Shown here piece after piece: positions 26,246-37,426 of a stretch of DNA of 64,000 bases (positions are counted from its first letter, which is position 1; each line of letters starts with the position of its first letter). The position numbers were made by a program, and so were the translations under genes. The stretch is from positions 1-64,000 of the forward strand of contig JALMLS010000598.1 of assembly GCA_038496445.1 (NCBI GenBank). The letters are read 5' to 3'. The notes below the pieces were generated by a model. That model saw only the letters and a list, made by a program, of their open reading frames with translations, ran no database searches and was not told where the DNA came from. The stretch comes from Trichosphaerium sp. ATCC 40318 (taxonomy: Eukaryota > Protista > Tubulinea).

Positions 26246-27166
26246 TTACTTTATTTCAAGCTTTTCAAGCTCTGCAACGATATCAGTAAACTTGTTCTCA
26301 GTAGCTAATTCCAAGAGAGTCTTATCTTCAATCTTAGTAGAAGCATCTGCGCCATTCTTTATCAACTCTTTCACAACATCCAAGTTATTCCTTAACACAG
26401 CAACAAAAAGAGGTGTAGCACCACGTGAACTTGCCTTATTCACATCAGCACCATTAGCAATCAGAACTTTGACTGTCTCCAAGGAGCCAATGTAAGAAGC
26501 CATGAAAACAGCTGTTCCTCCATTTTGATTTTCTGCGTGATTGACTTCAGCACCATTCTTCAACAACAACTCAATAATCTTTGCACGGCCTCCTTGAGCA
26601 GCTACATAAAGAGCATGAGCTCCAGTATTGTTTTTAGCGTTGACATCTGCGCCATTTTTAATGAGCAGCTCTACAACGTCGTAAAAACCTCTCATGCAGG
26701 CGACTGAGAGCGGAGTGCTCCCTTTAATGCTTTTTTGGTTAACGTTTGCTTTTTTCTCCAAAAGAAACTTGATAACATCCAAATGACCGCCTTGCGCTGC
26801 TATAAATAACGCAGTGCATCCCAGAGAAGACGCTTTATCAACTTCTGCTCCACGGTTCACGAGCTCTTCGACAAGCTTCAAATGGCCGTACTGTGACGCG
26901 AAAAATAGTGGAGCGCAGCCTTCTTTGGTTGTTTTGTCAACTTCTGCGCCATGTTCAAGTAATGCAATCGCAACGTCATAAAAACCGTGTGAACAAGATA
27001 CTATCAATGGAGTAAAGCCCACAGGATTCCTTGGATCGAATAAAGTCTGATTGGCATTGCTATCGATTGGACTATCGCTTTTCAAGCACTTGAGGACCTT
27101 TTCAAGGTTATTGTCCTCACAGGCATAGTATAAGGTATTTGCCATATTGAAACTAACAAAACTCAT
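26246..27166 (-). CDS. Intronless ankyrin-repeat protein (~8 repeats; start 27166 or 27145)
   Basis: Repeated GxTPL/AL..A...GH..VV..LL..GA.VN units. Confidence 0.93.
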   Translation of the reverse strand: MSFVSFNMANTLYYACEDNNLEKVLKCLKSDSPIDSNANQTLFDPRNPVGFTPLIVSCSHGFYDVAIALLEHGAEVDKTTKEGCAPLFFASQYGHLKLVEELVNRGAEVDKASSLGCTALFIAAQGGHLDVIKFLLEKKANVNQKSIKGSTPLSVACMRGFYDVVELLIKNGADVNAKNNTGAHALYVAAQGGRAKIIELLLKNGAEVNHAENQNGGTAVFMASYIGSLETVKVLIANGADVNKASSRGATPLFVAVLRNNLDVVKELIKNGADASTKIEDKTLLELATENKFTDIVAELEKLEIK

Positions 27167-27574
27167 TGTGGCGTGTAGTTGTCTTGGTACAAATTGCTTG
27201 AATAGTAAAGTTCGGAACTTAAGTCAGTTGTTCACTGAAATCTAAAACCGGATCAACACAGTGAGGTTTTAGTGGTTGTGCTTTCCGTATTGAGTGCTCA
27301 CTTTGAGTATTAGTAAGCTGGGTACCAAGTTGATTTAACACAGCTTCTTGTTGAAGCACACACCGGTGACCTTTGAGTGACACTATTTTGCTTTGCACAT
27401 TGCCTTGTTTTTTTCTTGCCACTTTACCAACAACTCAAAGGTTGCGAGAACCTTCATATTGTTCCTCACAACAGCGAACGTCACTTCAGAAATTTGATTA
27501 AAACAAAAAACTAGCCATATCAATTAGCTAACAATGGAGAAGTTGTAAACCAATGATATTTTTATTCTGACTCA

Positions 27575-27760
27575 ACAAAATCACGTTGTTAGCAGCTTTA
27601 GCATGTTTTGTTACTTAAGTGTCATCAACGTCTATTGTGCTTGCACCTAGAAGATGTTTTATACCTTCATCTGTAACTGTCGTTCCTGAGATGGCAATTG
27701 ATCGACTCCTGCCAGATGTTTGATGTCTTCATCTGCTATTTGACAATTAGCCAGTGTTTT
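27575..27760 (-). pseudogene. Decayed LRR gene fragment
   Basis: LANCQIADEDIKHLAG(fs)RSIAISGTTVTDEGIKHLLGASTIDVDDT*VTK, with a frameshift and a stop. Confidence 0.75.
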
Positions 27761-27977
27761 CTTGTGAAAGGAAGAGTTTCAGCATGTTTAGCAAAGTGTT
27801 TTACCTGAGATAAGAGAGTCGAATTGATATTTGATGATAATAATGACTTAAAATCTTCAAGCAGGACCTCTCTTGTCAGTGGCAAAAATTGTACTGTTTA
27901 TGGGAAGCTGATTTCTGACACATGTGGAAAGTGGCTGACTTAATGAATTTAGCTCTTTCCTTTTTAACCTATTTCAG

Positions 27978-28535
27978 ATGACTTTCTCAAGAACAACGCC
28001 ACTGCTTGCTACGGTATTCGTATTGTTCACTGTTGCACATTGCTATGTTCAATGCAACCGATACGACGATTTAGGGCTTGTATTGAAAGCAAACGATACA
28101 GGGTATCCTAACCTCAATTACGCTATCAATTCTTGCACTGTAAGCAATTTCGAAGTCAGTTACTACAACGCAAAAGGAGAACAGTATTTAACCTTTAATA
28201 TTGGCGTTATTTCTACCAACTGCGAAGAGAGACAAGGTTTTTATGTCATTAACCAAAAAGCAAACAGGACAGACTACTTGGTTATTACCCCTACCAGCGC
28301 TTGGATCAAAAACTGTACTGGTATTTGCAAGAGTAGGCCTTGTTGGAACTTTGACATTGAAAGCGATGCCCCACCAACAGAAGCTCCAGTAGGACCACAC
28401 GAACCAACAACACATGAACCAACAGTTGAACCTGTAGGACCATACGAACCGATAACACAGGAGCCAACAATAGAACCAGCAGTACCATACGAACCAACAA
28501 CACAGGAACTAACAGTAGAGCAAGTAGGACCATGA
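27978..28535 (+). CDS. Intronless secreted Cys-containing protein with Pro/Thr/Glu repeat tail
   Basis: Signal peptide MTFSRTTPLLATVFVLFTVAHC, a 6-Cys globular part, then 15-aa PVGP(H/Y)EPTT(H/Q)EPT(V/I)E repeats. Confidence 0.8.
   Translation: MTFSRTTPLLATVFVLFTVAHCYVQCNRYDDLGLVLKANDTGYPNLNYAINSCTVSNFEVSYYNAKGEQYLTFNIGVISTNCEERQGFYVINQKANRTDYLVITPTSAWIKNCTGICKSRPCWNFDIESDAPPTEAPVGPHEPTTHEPTVEPVGPYEPITQEPTIEPAVPYEPTTQELTVEQVGP
28380..28532 (+). repeat. 45-bp imperfect coding tandem repeat (~3.3 copies)
   Basis: ccagtaggaccacacgaaccaacaacacatgaaccaacagttgaa and variants. Confidence 0.85.
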
Positions 28536-28628
28536 ATATAAGAATGAGCTTTGTAGTACAACACCAACTAAAAATAAAAAGTCCATTTAATTATTATGTA
28601 CAGCTGTTTATTCATATTTATGTAACAG

Positions 28629-30780
28629 CTATGATTCAACAGGTGGTATTGATGATTCTTCTGTAGGTGTAGTCGATATTGACATACTTGATGATTCGCT
28701 TGCAATGTCTTCATTGTTAACTAACAGTGTGTCAACAAAGTTCGAGAAGTGTGTTTTGATGTTTGTTTGTTTTGTTATCCGTACTCGTTATTTCTTGGTG
28801 TGGTTTACCAAAATCATCTTCTACATCCGTTATAGTTAATTGTGCTTCTGTAGCAGTTGTTCCCGACTTTGAAACTCTACAATGGCTGTGAGTAAACAAG
28901 GTTCAATGAGTTTGATATATCGTACCTTCTAGCGCTTCCTTCCAACCTCCAGAATAGTTTGAAGAAGGGATAGGAAAGATACACTAACATCGAACATGCA
29001 ATGACCTCTAGAACAAGAGCAATACCTGCTATAATCAAGTTTATAATAGCTACCATCAAATGTCTGACACGAATATCAGCGTGCTTCTTACTGCAAAAAA
29101 AGTGAGTGAGCTTACAAAGGAATAAAAGTTTGAATTCTATTGGTCTTTTTTTTTACTTACAATAGCCTTTCTCTCAATGGTTCGCCGTTTTCTATTAGTA
29201 ATGTCATGTTATTAAACCAATCTTTAGGGTCAATTTCAAAACGATGACTGTGGTTGTGCTTACCAATCTCCTTTAGAAATTAGGCCCTCTCAACAAAGAA
29301 AAAAAAAGAAGTAAAGACGCACTTCGAGTACAATCTTTAGCCAATTATCAGTCAACAATTTAGCCTCTTGAATCTCTGGCTTTTTCTAAAAAGTTGGTTA
29401 CATATGGGATAGGTACGAGAACAAATCAGTACCGAAAGGCTTATTGCATAGTCCAAATCTTCTAAATCAAGCAACACATCTCGCTCTTCTAAACTATCTC
29501 TTGACTGATCTACTACACGTACAACGTCTAAAAACTCGTGCTGAGTCTCAAAGTACCCTTAAGAAAAACTCATCAGCAAGCTGTTGCTTATGTTTCAATG
29601 GAAATGAGAACATCGACAACAACGTTTACAAAAATTTGCATTCAATCAACAAAGTGTAATTGAACTACAAATTACGTCGACCTGTAGGTCATGTATTGTT
29701 CTCATTTTGTATACATACCTCTTTCAAGTTTTAGAGCAACTGTCTCACGTTCTATACTCAAGTATTCACTATACTAACTCAAGAGGTTAGAAGGATGAAA
29801 TAAGCAATTTTTTTCAGAACTTTTGTTTTTGTTTTTGTCTTTGAATACGTACAAGCGAATCACGGAGAATACCATAAAGTCCTCTGGTTACATCCTCGTG
29901 CTTTGAAAAACTTGCAGATATTTCAAAACTCTTGAACTTGGAATTGACTATTGTAAAGTACTCCAAAGTGACATTGCTTGTAAGTGTTTTTTCATCAACC
30001 TAAACTTGATTTAACCAACACTCGGTTTCAAAAAACCAATAAGAGACAGTGTCAAACTAGCAAAACCAAATTTCTTTAACTCGAAGCACGTTTTTTTTGG
30101 TTTTTTCACGCGAATTTCGATCTTTTTTTAGCGTTTTTTTAGTTTTGACGTAATTGAAGTTTATTCGATTTTGAAAATAACGAGCGTACTTGTTTGCGTA
30201 TATTGGGAAGCTCCTCAAGCATTAGAAATGCTTCATCAAGTATTTCGTGATGCCGCACTTTCCGGTCATCTAATCTATGAACAGTTTCTATGGCTTCGTC
30301 TAGCTTCCTCCGAGCTTCAGCTGAGCGAATAAAAACGTTAATAAAATATGCGAAAACAGGTACTGAAAAGAGTTTAAACTTTATGCTCACCTAGCCTTTC
30401 TTCAATCTGGGGTGTATTATTGAACCCGTCAATGTGTAAAACAGATAGCCCGCGCTCTTCTCCAGCAATTATCGTTAAACCAATGCATTCCTCGAGAAGT
30501 AAATCACGATGTGCTAACAGATTCGACTGATATATTTCTTGTACTACAAGTATAAAGAAGTAGAAAAAGAATATTGCGCTCAACACACCTACAAACAAAG
30601 TTGAAAAGTGACAAACATACGCACGTGGTATAATTAGCCAAGTTAAAAGTATTACATACCTACGCAAGCCCGAAATATGCCAATACGAAGCCTGTGCCTT
30701 ACGTTCTTTTGACTCTTTGTCTTTGCTCTGTTACATCCACAAAGCAATCTACATTGATACAATACCATTTGCAGTACTTA
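28629..30780 (-). CDS. Two-TM membrane protein with an extracytoplasmic NIT (nitrate/nitrite-sensing) domain and short Ser/Thr/acidic tail; 5' end unresolved
   Basis: Spliced: TM1 YVILLTWLIIPRVLSAIFFFYFFILVV; EERGLSVLHI..RLAEARRKLDEAI..LEELPNIRKQVD..LEYFTIVN..SYSEYLSIERETVAL..IDPKDWFNNMTLLIE; TM2 LMVAIINLIIAGIALVLEVIACSMLVYLSY. Tail ends STTPTEESSIPPVES*. Confidence 0.75.
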
Positions 30781-31394
30781 TATTTAATGCGTATATCGTT
30801 GTCACAATTATATTATGCCGTTAATGTTAGTGAACAAAATACAACTCCGGAAAACTGCGTAAGCAAAACGAAGGAAGCACAACATGCTTAAGGGTTCTTA
30901 AACACCTTGCTTCGGGTGGGTGTATTGTGGATAAGTTTAGAGAAAGGCACGTGTTGTTGTAACTGCGTATACTGAACCTACATGCATCAGTAGAGCAAAG
31001 AATGCAGTGAATAGGTCAAAATCTTGAATATAAAAAAAATACCACGTGTTCAGAAAATATGAAGTACCTTTAGCCAAAACCCGCTTTAATGAAAAGGTAT
31101 CCTGCACGTGCTACAAATAAAAAAACTCCGAACCTAAAAAGGTAACACGTTTTCAAAAATTTATACGAAGGCTCCGAGTTTAATAATGGTCGTCACCTAC
31201 TACTAGTACTACTATCCAACTCAAACAGTTTCTAGGGTTATCTTAATACCTAACGAAGGAATCAAATCGCCTTTCCTATACTTGCAGTTATTGGATGAAG
31301 TGTAGTGCTACATACCAGAGGACATTGTACAGCATGTTATGTTGAAAGATAATATTTGTACAAGTTTCGAAAAGAGCAACAATCTGTTGCCTGT

Positions 31395-34300
31395 TTATTG
31401 TTTCGAACATGTGATACTAAGGCTTTTGCCCAATAACCCTGTGTTGCTGGCACTTCCAGGTAGTTTAAAATCAAACACTGAGCCAGTTTCTTCTGTACCA
31501 CTGCATCCTTCAAAAAAGAATTAGTGCCTTTTGCTGTTTTGTACGCTTACCTGTTCCATCCAACACTTGATTTATTGTAACATGTACCTCATTATTAACA
31601 AGTTCCTTAGATAAGTTTGACACTGCAGTAATGTGTTAGCTATTTTGGGACGTTTTTTTTCTTGGCATATTTGTTTCATACATGTTATGGATACGTTGTT
31701 AGTTTCATTGGATAAAATCAATCCACATGGCTTGTCTACCATTATACTAATACCGTTGTATTCTATTTTACCCGGTACCCAAAATACAGCCATTAACTTG
31801 TTCAAGTCTAAGGTGAATGAATATTAACATAACATAAGCTATATTTTGTACTGTGATGATAGACAGCTTGAATGTCAGCATTATTCGCTACTATAATAAC
31901 CTTTGATGTTATGTCATCGACTTGGTACTGTTTAAAGTTCGTATACGTGGTGCTAGGTACAATAATATACTAGTTAAAGTCAGTATCATGAAACAGCCAC
32001 TTGACATTTAATACAAACTCTAAAGCGCTTTGAAGTTCTACTAACCTCATATCCGTTGTACATTTCATCATGAGTAATGTAAAGTCCAAACACCTCTCTT
32101 CAATAAGGTTTAGAGAGAGCAAAATTTGAGGTTGAACAAATATCACGTGCTTTTCAATTGTGCCAGTCTGAATGCCAATGTCGAACCATTTGCCTTCTTT
32201 GATTTCATTGTATAACGTTGTATTAACTTGTTTTCCACTCTTAACACGTGGGAAGATATAACCTGTTTCTCGTTAATGAACTCGTAGTTCTCTTTGTGCT
32301 CATACCAACACCACCATGAAATGTCCATGACATATCGTTATAAACATGTACACCTTGTTTCAAAGCACTTTGACTTGTAGAAGAGTACACATCGCCAGTA
32401 AGTAACCTTTGCGCAACAGATGTAGTGACCTTAAAAAAAGTTTTAACAACTTCGTCTATCCTTGACTGTTGGAAAAAAAGTTGTATACCTGGCTGCAGTC
32501 TTCACATTTAATATCACTACCCAAAGCAACATACTCAACATCAAAAAAGAACCACACCTTCTTTACAGAAAGTTTTTGCCTTGATGAAGTGAAATCCATA
32601 GCAGCTATTCCATACATACCATCTGAAACGCCACCAACATTTGTGCTTTCCCCAAAAGCATGATTACTTGTAGTACAATCTATGATCTATTTTAGCTTGT
32701 TTTGGGGGTTTGAAGTCTTTAAAGTGCTGTCACGTGCCTAGTGGTATCCCATTTGTTTTAGCTGTTACACCTGGTATTTTATCCCAGTCCCATGTAGGGA
32801 AGATATCAACATAATCATTACCACTTATATACAGATAATTTGCACCGTCAGAAAAATGAGCTGATTTCTTGCCTTCAGTGTTTACGCATTCAGCGCCTTT
32901 TAGCCCTTTAGCGTTCATTTTTACGCTATAAAAAAGTGTTAAAGTAAGATTGAAAGATTGTAGTTTGTTATTATTGAGTACCTTGTACGGTACGTTGGTC
33001 TTGAGTGAACCATAAAATCAGCAAACCAATACATTTTGTTTCCTTTTAAAGGTGATCCACCTTCGTTCAAACGCTCCGAATACTCCATCCATTCATCAGT
33101 TCTAACCCCATAGTCGGCCACTGAAGATACTAATTGAGGGTCGAAACACTATATTGTTCACGTTAGCATCATACACACAAAATACATCACAAACCTTCAT
33201 ATCAGATCTTGGGAAATTGTACTTGCTAGCAAATTTACAAGCAGCACCTTGGCGCCTTGTATTCATTCTTCCTCTAACGGCAATATCCCATGTTAAAGAC
33301 GGATAGTTAATAGCCCTATTTACAGTCTCAGTCGTAACGACTAGTAGCTCACTTCGAACGCACCATTGTTGACCATCTAAAATATATGAAGAAAAAACAT
33401 CCAAGTGCTCTTTGGATACAGCATACGTAGTGTTGAACGTGTAGTATAGGAAAAACAATACCTTGATATTTTTAGTTGTATGTTTTAGAAAAAACTTACT
33501 TGTTGCGTGTAGTATGCTCCATAGGCACCAGTGTATAATTGGAAACCATGTTGAAAAAACGAGTTGTCAACCTAGAGTTTGTTGTCAGAAAACAGACCCT
33601 TGCTCTTTTTGGTAGCCCTTCGAACGTACCATTATCCCTCCAGTAGCCGAACCCGACAAGGGAGCTTGGGATATACCCTTTGTAATATTATCTACAGCAG
33701 AGGCGATGATATCATTATTTTTCTACTTTGTTGTAAATGCAACTTAAAAAAAATCTATTTTTTGTACTTGTAGAATCCCATTACTTAGACTAAGCATTGA
33801 TAACCATTCATAGTTTGCGCCAGTTTCTCCTTTTGCTCTGCGTCTTGACAACACAGCTAAAAGTATGTGTTACGCTCACGCAAGACTAACTAGCACGTGC
33901 CTGAAGATTTAGAAATTTGTTCCGGAGTTAGTTCTTCAGGGAGGAGGTTGACGACAATTGCAAGATCCACAGGCATTTGAATATCATTCCACCACCAGTT
34001 GGGGTTTTGTAAATCGGAATCGAGCCAAAAATCAAGTGCTAGCAATATCTAGAGAGTTGGAATAAAAAAACTAACAATGCAAAAAAAATGAACTCTGAAA
34101 CATACTGACTTCAACAAAGTTGTGTTTCCATGTAGTGACGAAGAAGGCGCATAGTATGATAAAGACATATCTCTAAGCCTTGGGTTCAAATGCTCAGCCG
34201 CAAGCCATACCTCCAAATTCTTGTCCGTGTAGGCTTTCATAAAAATCAAAGAGCGACTGGAAAAAAAAAAAAAGTTGTCACGTTTTACATCACGTGACAC

Positions 34301-34618
34301 AAGAACCACGTGGCACTCATAATCGTTTTGTTAGTAAAAAGTACCTATATCAGACCATGACCCATTTGGTAGCAAGGATTTCATCCATTTGAGTGCGTTA
34401 GCGTTTGTTGTTGTAATATCAGCTGGTACAAGAAGATTTCGTAGCCTTGAAGCAATAATTGTACCACTATAATCCAAAGAGCTTGCATAGCAACTCACAA
34501 ACGCAAATAATATTAAAATCAGTCCCTTGGATTTGAATTAAGTATTTGGGTCACGTGGAAAAAACTCAAAAAAAAAGTTGGTTTAAATTCTTGCCGTTTT
34601 ATTGCCTATCCGAAACAT
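31395..34618 (-). CDS. Secreted polysaccharide lyase family 8 (chondroitin AC / hyaluronate / xanthan lyase-like)
   Basis: NGSWSDI, QNPNWWWNDIQMP, TGAN, DNSFFQHGFQLYTGAYG (catalytic His/Tyr), AVRGR, IFPTWDWDKIPGVT, VGGVSDG, KKVWFFFD. The start at 34618 needs a GC-AG first intron. Confidence 0.9.
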
Positions 34619-34708
34619 TATTACTTATTTGGTTGTTGGGTTTAGTCACTGTTCGTCAAGATAAAACTCACATAGCAGACACACGCTGCATCTCCTTGTA
34701 GTTCACAA

Positions 34709-34920
34709 TTAACAAAGCAACCAAACCTTAAATCCGTCACAGTATGGCACTTCTTGTACTCGCTCGTTCATGTAATGACAATGCTCTTTCACTTTACCAA
34801 TAGCATGCCATTTTGTGGATTCTCCTTTCAGTTTACCATTGACATAATTACGACGACTGCTCAATTGGCCATTGCTATGCCACTCTTTGTACAAAGTCAC
34901 TGTGTCTCTAATATGGAACA
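34709..34920 (-). pseudogene. Truncated MORN-variant (YwqK-like) fragment
   Basis: YKEWHSNGQLSSRRNYVNGKLKGESTKWHAIGKVKEHCHYMN: about two repeats, lying in the 3' flank of the protease gene. Confidence 0.65.
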
Positions 34921-34992
34921 ATCTACCACTAATGGAGATATAGTGGTGTACGTTCATTGATTTACTTCTTTTGAGGAACTTTTTTCTTGTGT

Positions 34993-37160
34993 TTATTGAC
35001 AACTACTTAAGTTGGCAAAGCCAACCCTTCCGTTAATGCGATCGTGTTCAATGTAAAAGTTTTGCATGAATGTATCCCCAAGTACAGCACCAACACCTAT
35101 CGCTGATCCTACACCAAAGCAATATTCTCCTTGTACAGCTATCCAGTAGCTAAATATTAAAAGGTTAGACTCTAAAGCTACAAAAAAAGAATGCAATGCT
35201 TTTTCTTTTCACGTGCACAAGAAAAGAACAAAAGTTCAAACAACCTTTCGGTTAGCTCAAAAAGCAGAACAAACTTGGCGCGTCTTGGAACAAAAGAATA
35301 AATTGGAGGTAAAATTTCTTGAAGGTGTTCAAGGCACGTGAAGAAAGTATTGTAACAGGGAAAGACTTCCACAAAAATTACTTTTTTTGTACGTACCTTG
35401 TAGGTGGAACTGTAAGTTTGAATGTTCCAGCTCCGTTCTATTTATTAGACATTAGACAACTGTTAAAACGGTGTTGTATTATCTCCGTACCTCATGAGGA
35501 AATTCAAATTCCAAGTCAGGGAACAACTTTAAAGAGTTTCCCATTGTTGAGCTTGAAATACATGTTCCCTGGGATCCAAAAATAGAGTTTGGTCCTGACA
35601 TTCCTGGAAGAGAAGCATAATCGTGCTGGAACGCAGAAACAAGTTGTGACCATGCTATTGTTTTGAATGTCAGTTAGAAACCGTTTAGATGAATAGAAGA
35701 TAACTAAAGTACCGTAAGGATTGAGAAGAATTACAGAAGTTCCAGAGTCAATAAATGCGCCAATGACATCATTTGTTGTCCAGTATAAGTACGAAGGTAC
35801 TAAAAGAATTGTGATTAATAAACAACCACGTTTACTAGTTAAATAAAATAGTCTAGTATCCGAAGCGAGTGCGCGTACCACCAATTGATTTACTGTTGAG
35901 TTGGACATCAAGCAAATGCATATTGTACCTAAACATTCTGTGATTAAAAAAACCTTGAAATATATTTAAAGGTGTCATGACACGCCTACCATCTCTTCAT
36001 AGTAACTTTGGTGTAAAGCATTTCTCCAGTGTATCGAGAAGTATTTGAGTATCCCAAATCAAGTCTACCACCATTTGAAGGCGTCAAGCAGACACCAAAC
36101 CTATTCAAACAAGCAGTTAACTTACGTTTTTAGACTTAAAAAAAACCACTTACAAATCTGGTAAACCCTTTGATTTTGATATGTCATCGTAAATAGGAGT
36201 AGTACACGTTGGATTACATGCGTTAAACTCATGAGCAAATCCCTAAAGTTGATAAATACTCAAGATTCTATGAAAAAGAAAAACCCTTGTATCGTACAAT
36301 AATACCATCTTGTGGCTCATCAAAAAAGCCACCAGCAGGTACTGAATCATCAACAAGCATGAAAGAATGATTAGCAACACATATTCCTTCGATACAGACA
36401 GTATCGCTTCCCAAAGAACCAGAAATAGCTGAACTGCCACCACCTTTAAAAAAAAGTCAAAACAATCTCACCACGCTAAATGAACGCACCGTATGTAATG
36501 TAGTAACCACAAGAAGCATCAAGTGTACGTTCAGGTTCACCAAATACACATTTCCTAGTGCTCTAAGCACATAAACGTTAGACAATACAAAAAACAACAA
36601 AGGTACCTCAAAGAATCCCACTGGAGAACATTTTTGGCATGTTGAGCTTCCATAAGCTTTATGACATTAGATTATAAAAACAACAAGAAAAACCCAACAA
36701 CGCTGAAGTAAAGTCATACCAACAGTCTTGAATGTCGATGAAGTCTCTGAAAATGGTTTTCCTTGACCGCACGTGGTACACCTTCTAAATGTCAAAACTG
36801 TTTCGTCAAGCACGTGGAACGTACCTAGATGAAGGGATACCTAAGTTTGCTGATCCTGTATCGAACTATAGTGAGGTTTTAGTGATAAATAAACATGAAA
36901 CGCTAGTTGAGTGCTCTTACCAAGACGTTAAAGTGTTGTGCAGGTGTTCCAATAGTAACGTCCATGTAATAAGAACCAAGAGTCACAACGCCACCAGAAA
37001 GCGGTATGGAGTTACCGACTTGATTTTTACCATCGTGATACTTGTTCAAGAAGCCAGAAGGCGCTTGATTATGATGTTTATGATCTTTACGACCCAAGTG
37101 AACAGAAAAGGCTAAAGAAGCCGTAAGAACCAATATTAGAGCGACCACGCGTGTCATCAT
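34993..37160 (-). CDS. Secreted pepsin-family (A1) aspartic protease
   Basis: Signal peptide, YYMDVTIGTPAQHFNVLFDTGSANL, AFIDSGTS, AVLGDTFMQNFYIEHDRINGRVGFA. Confidence 0.95.
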
Positions 37161-37426
37161 TTGGTTATAATTGTTCCAAAGAATCTTCAAGAAGAAATAA
37201 AAGCACTTTCCTAAAAAAAAACGAATTCGTTCAAAAATTTGAAGACCAAACCGTTAATTGCGAAACGAGCACTCACAAAACAACCCTCTCGTCAATATAC
37301 AACGCTATATCAGTACGAACAGCTGTTCGCTGCAGGCGTTGGCGCACCGCCCAAAAAACAAAATTATTTGAAAATGCTTGACTTTGAATGCTTCTGTTTG
37401 CACTGTTAAGCTCTTCTGGAGAAGTA

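Noticed and set aside
28380-28532. Regularly spaced repeats resembling a CRISPR array
   Set aside because: They are contiguous in-frame coding repeats with no unique spacers, in a eukaryotic context with no cas genes.
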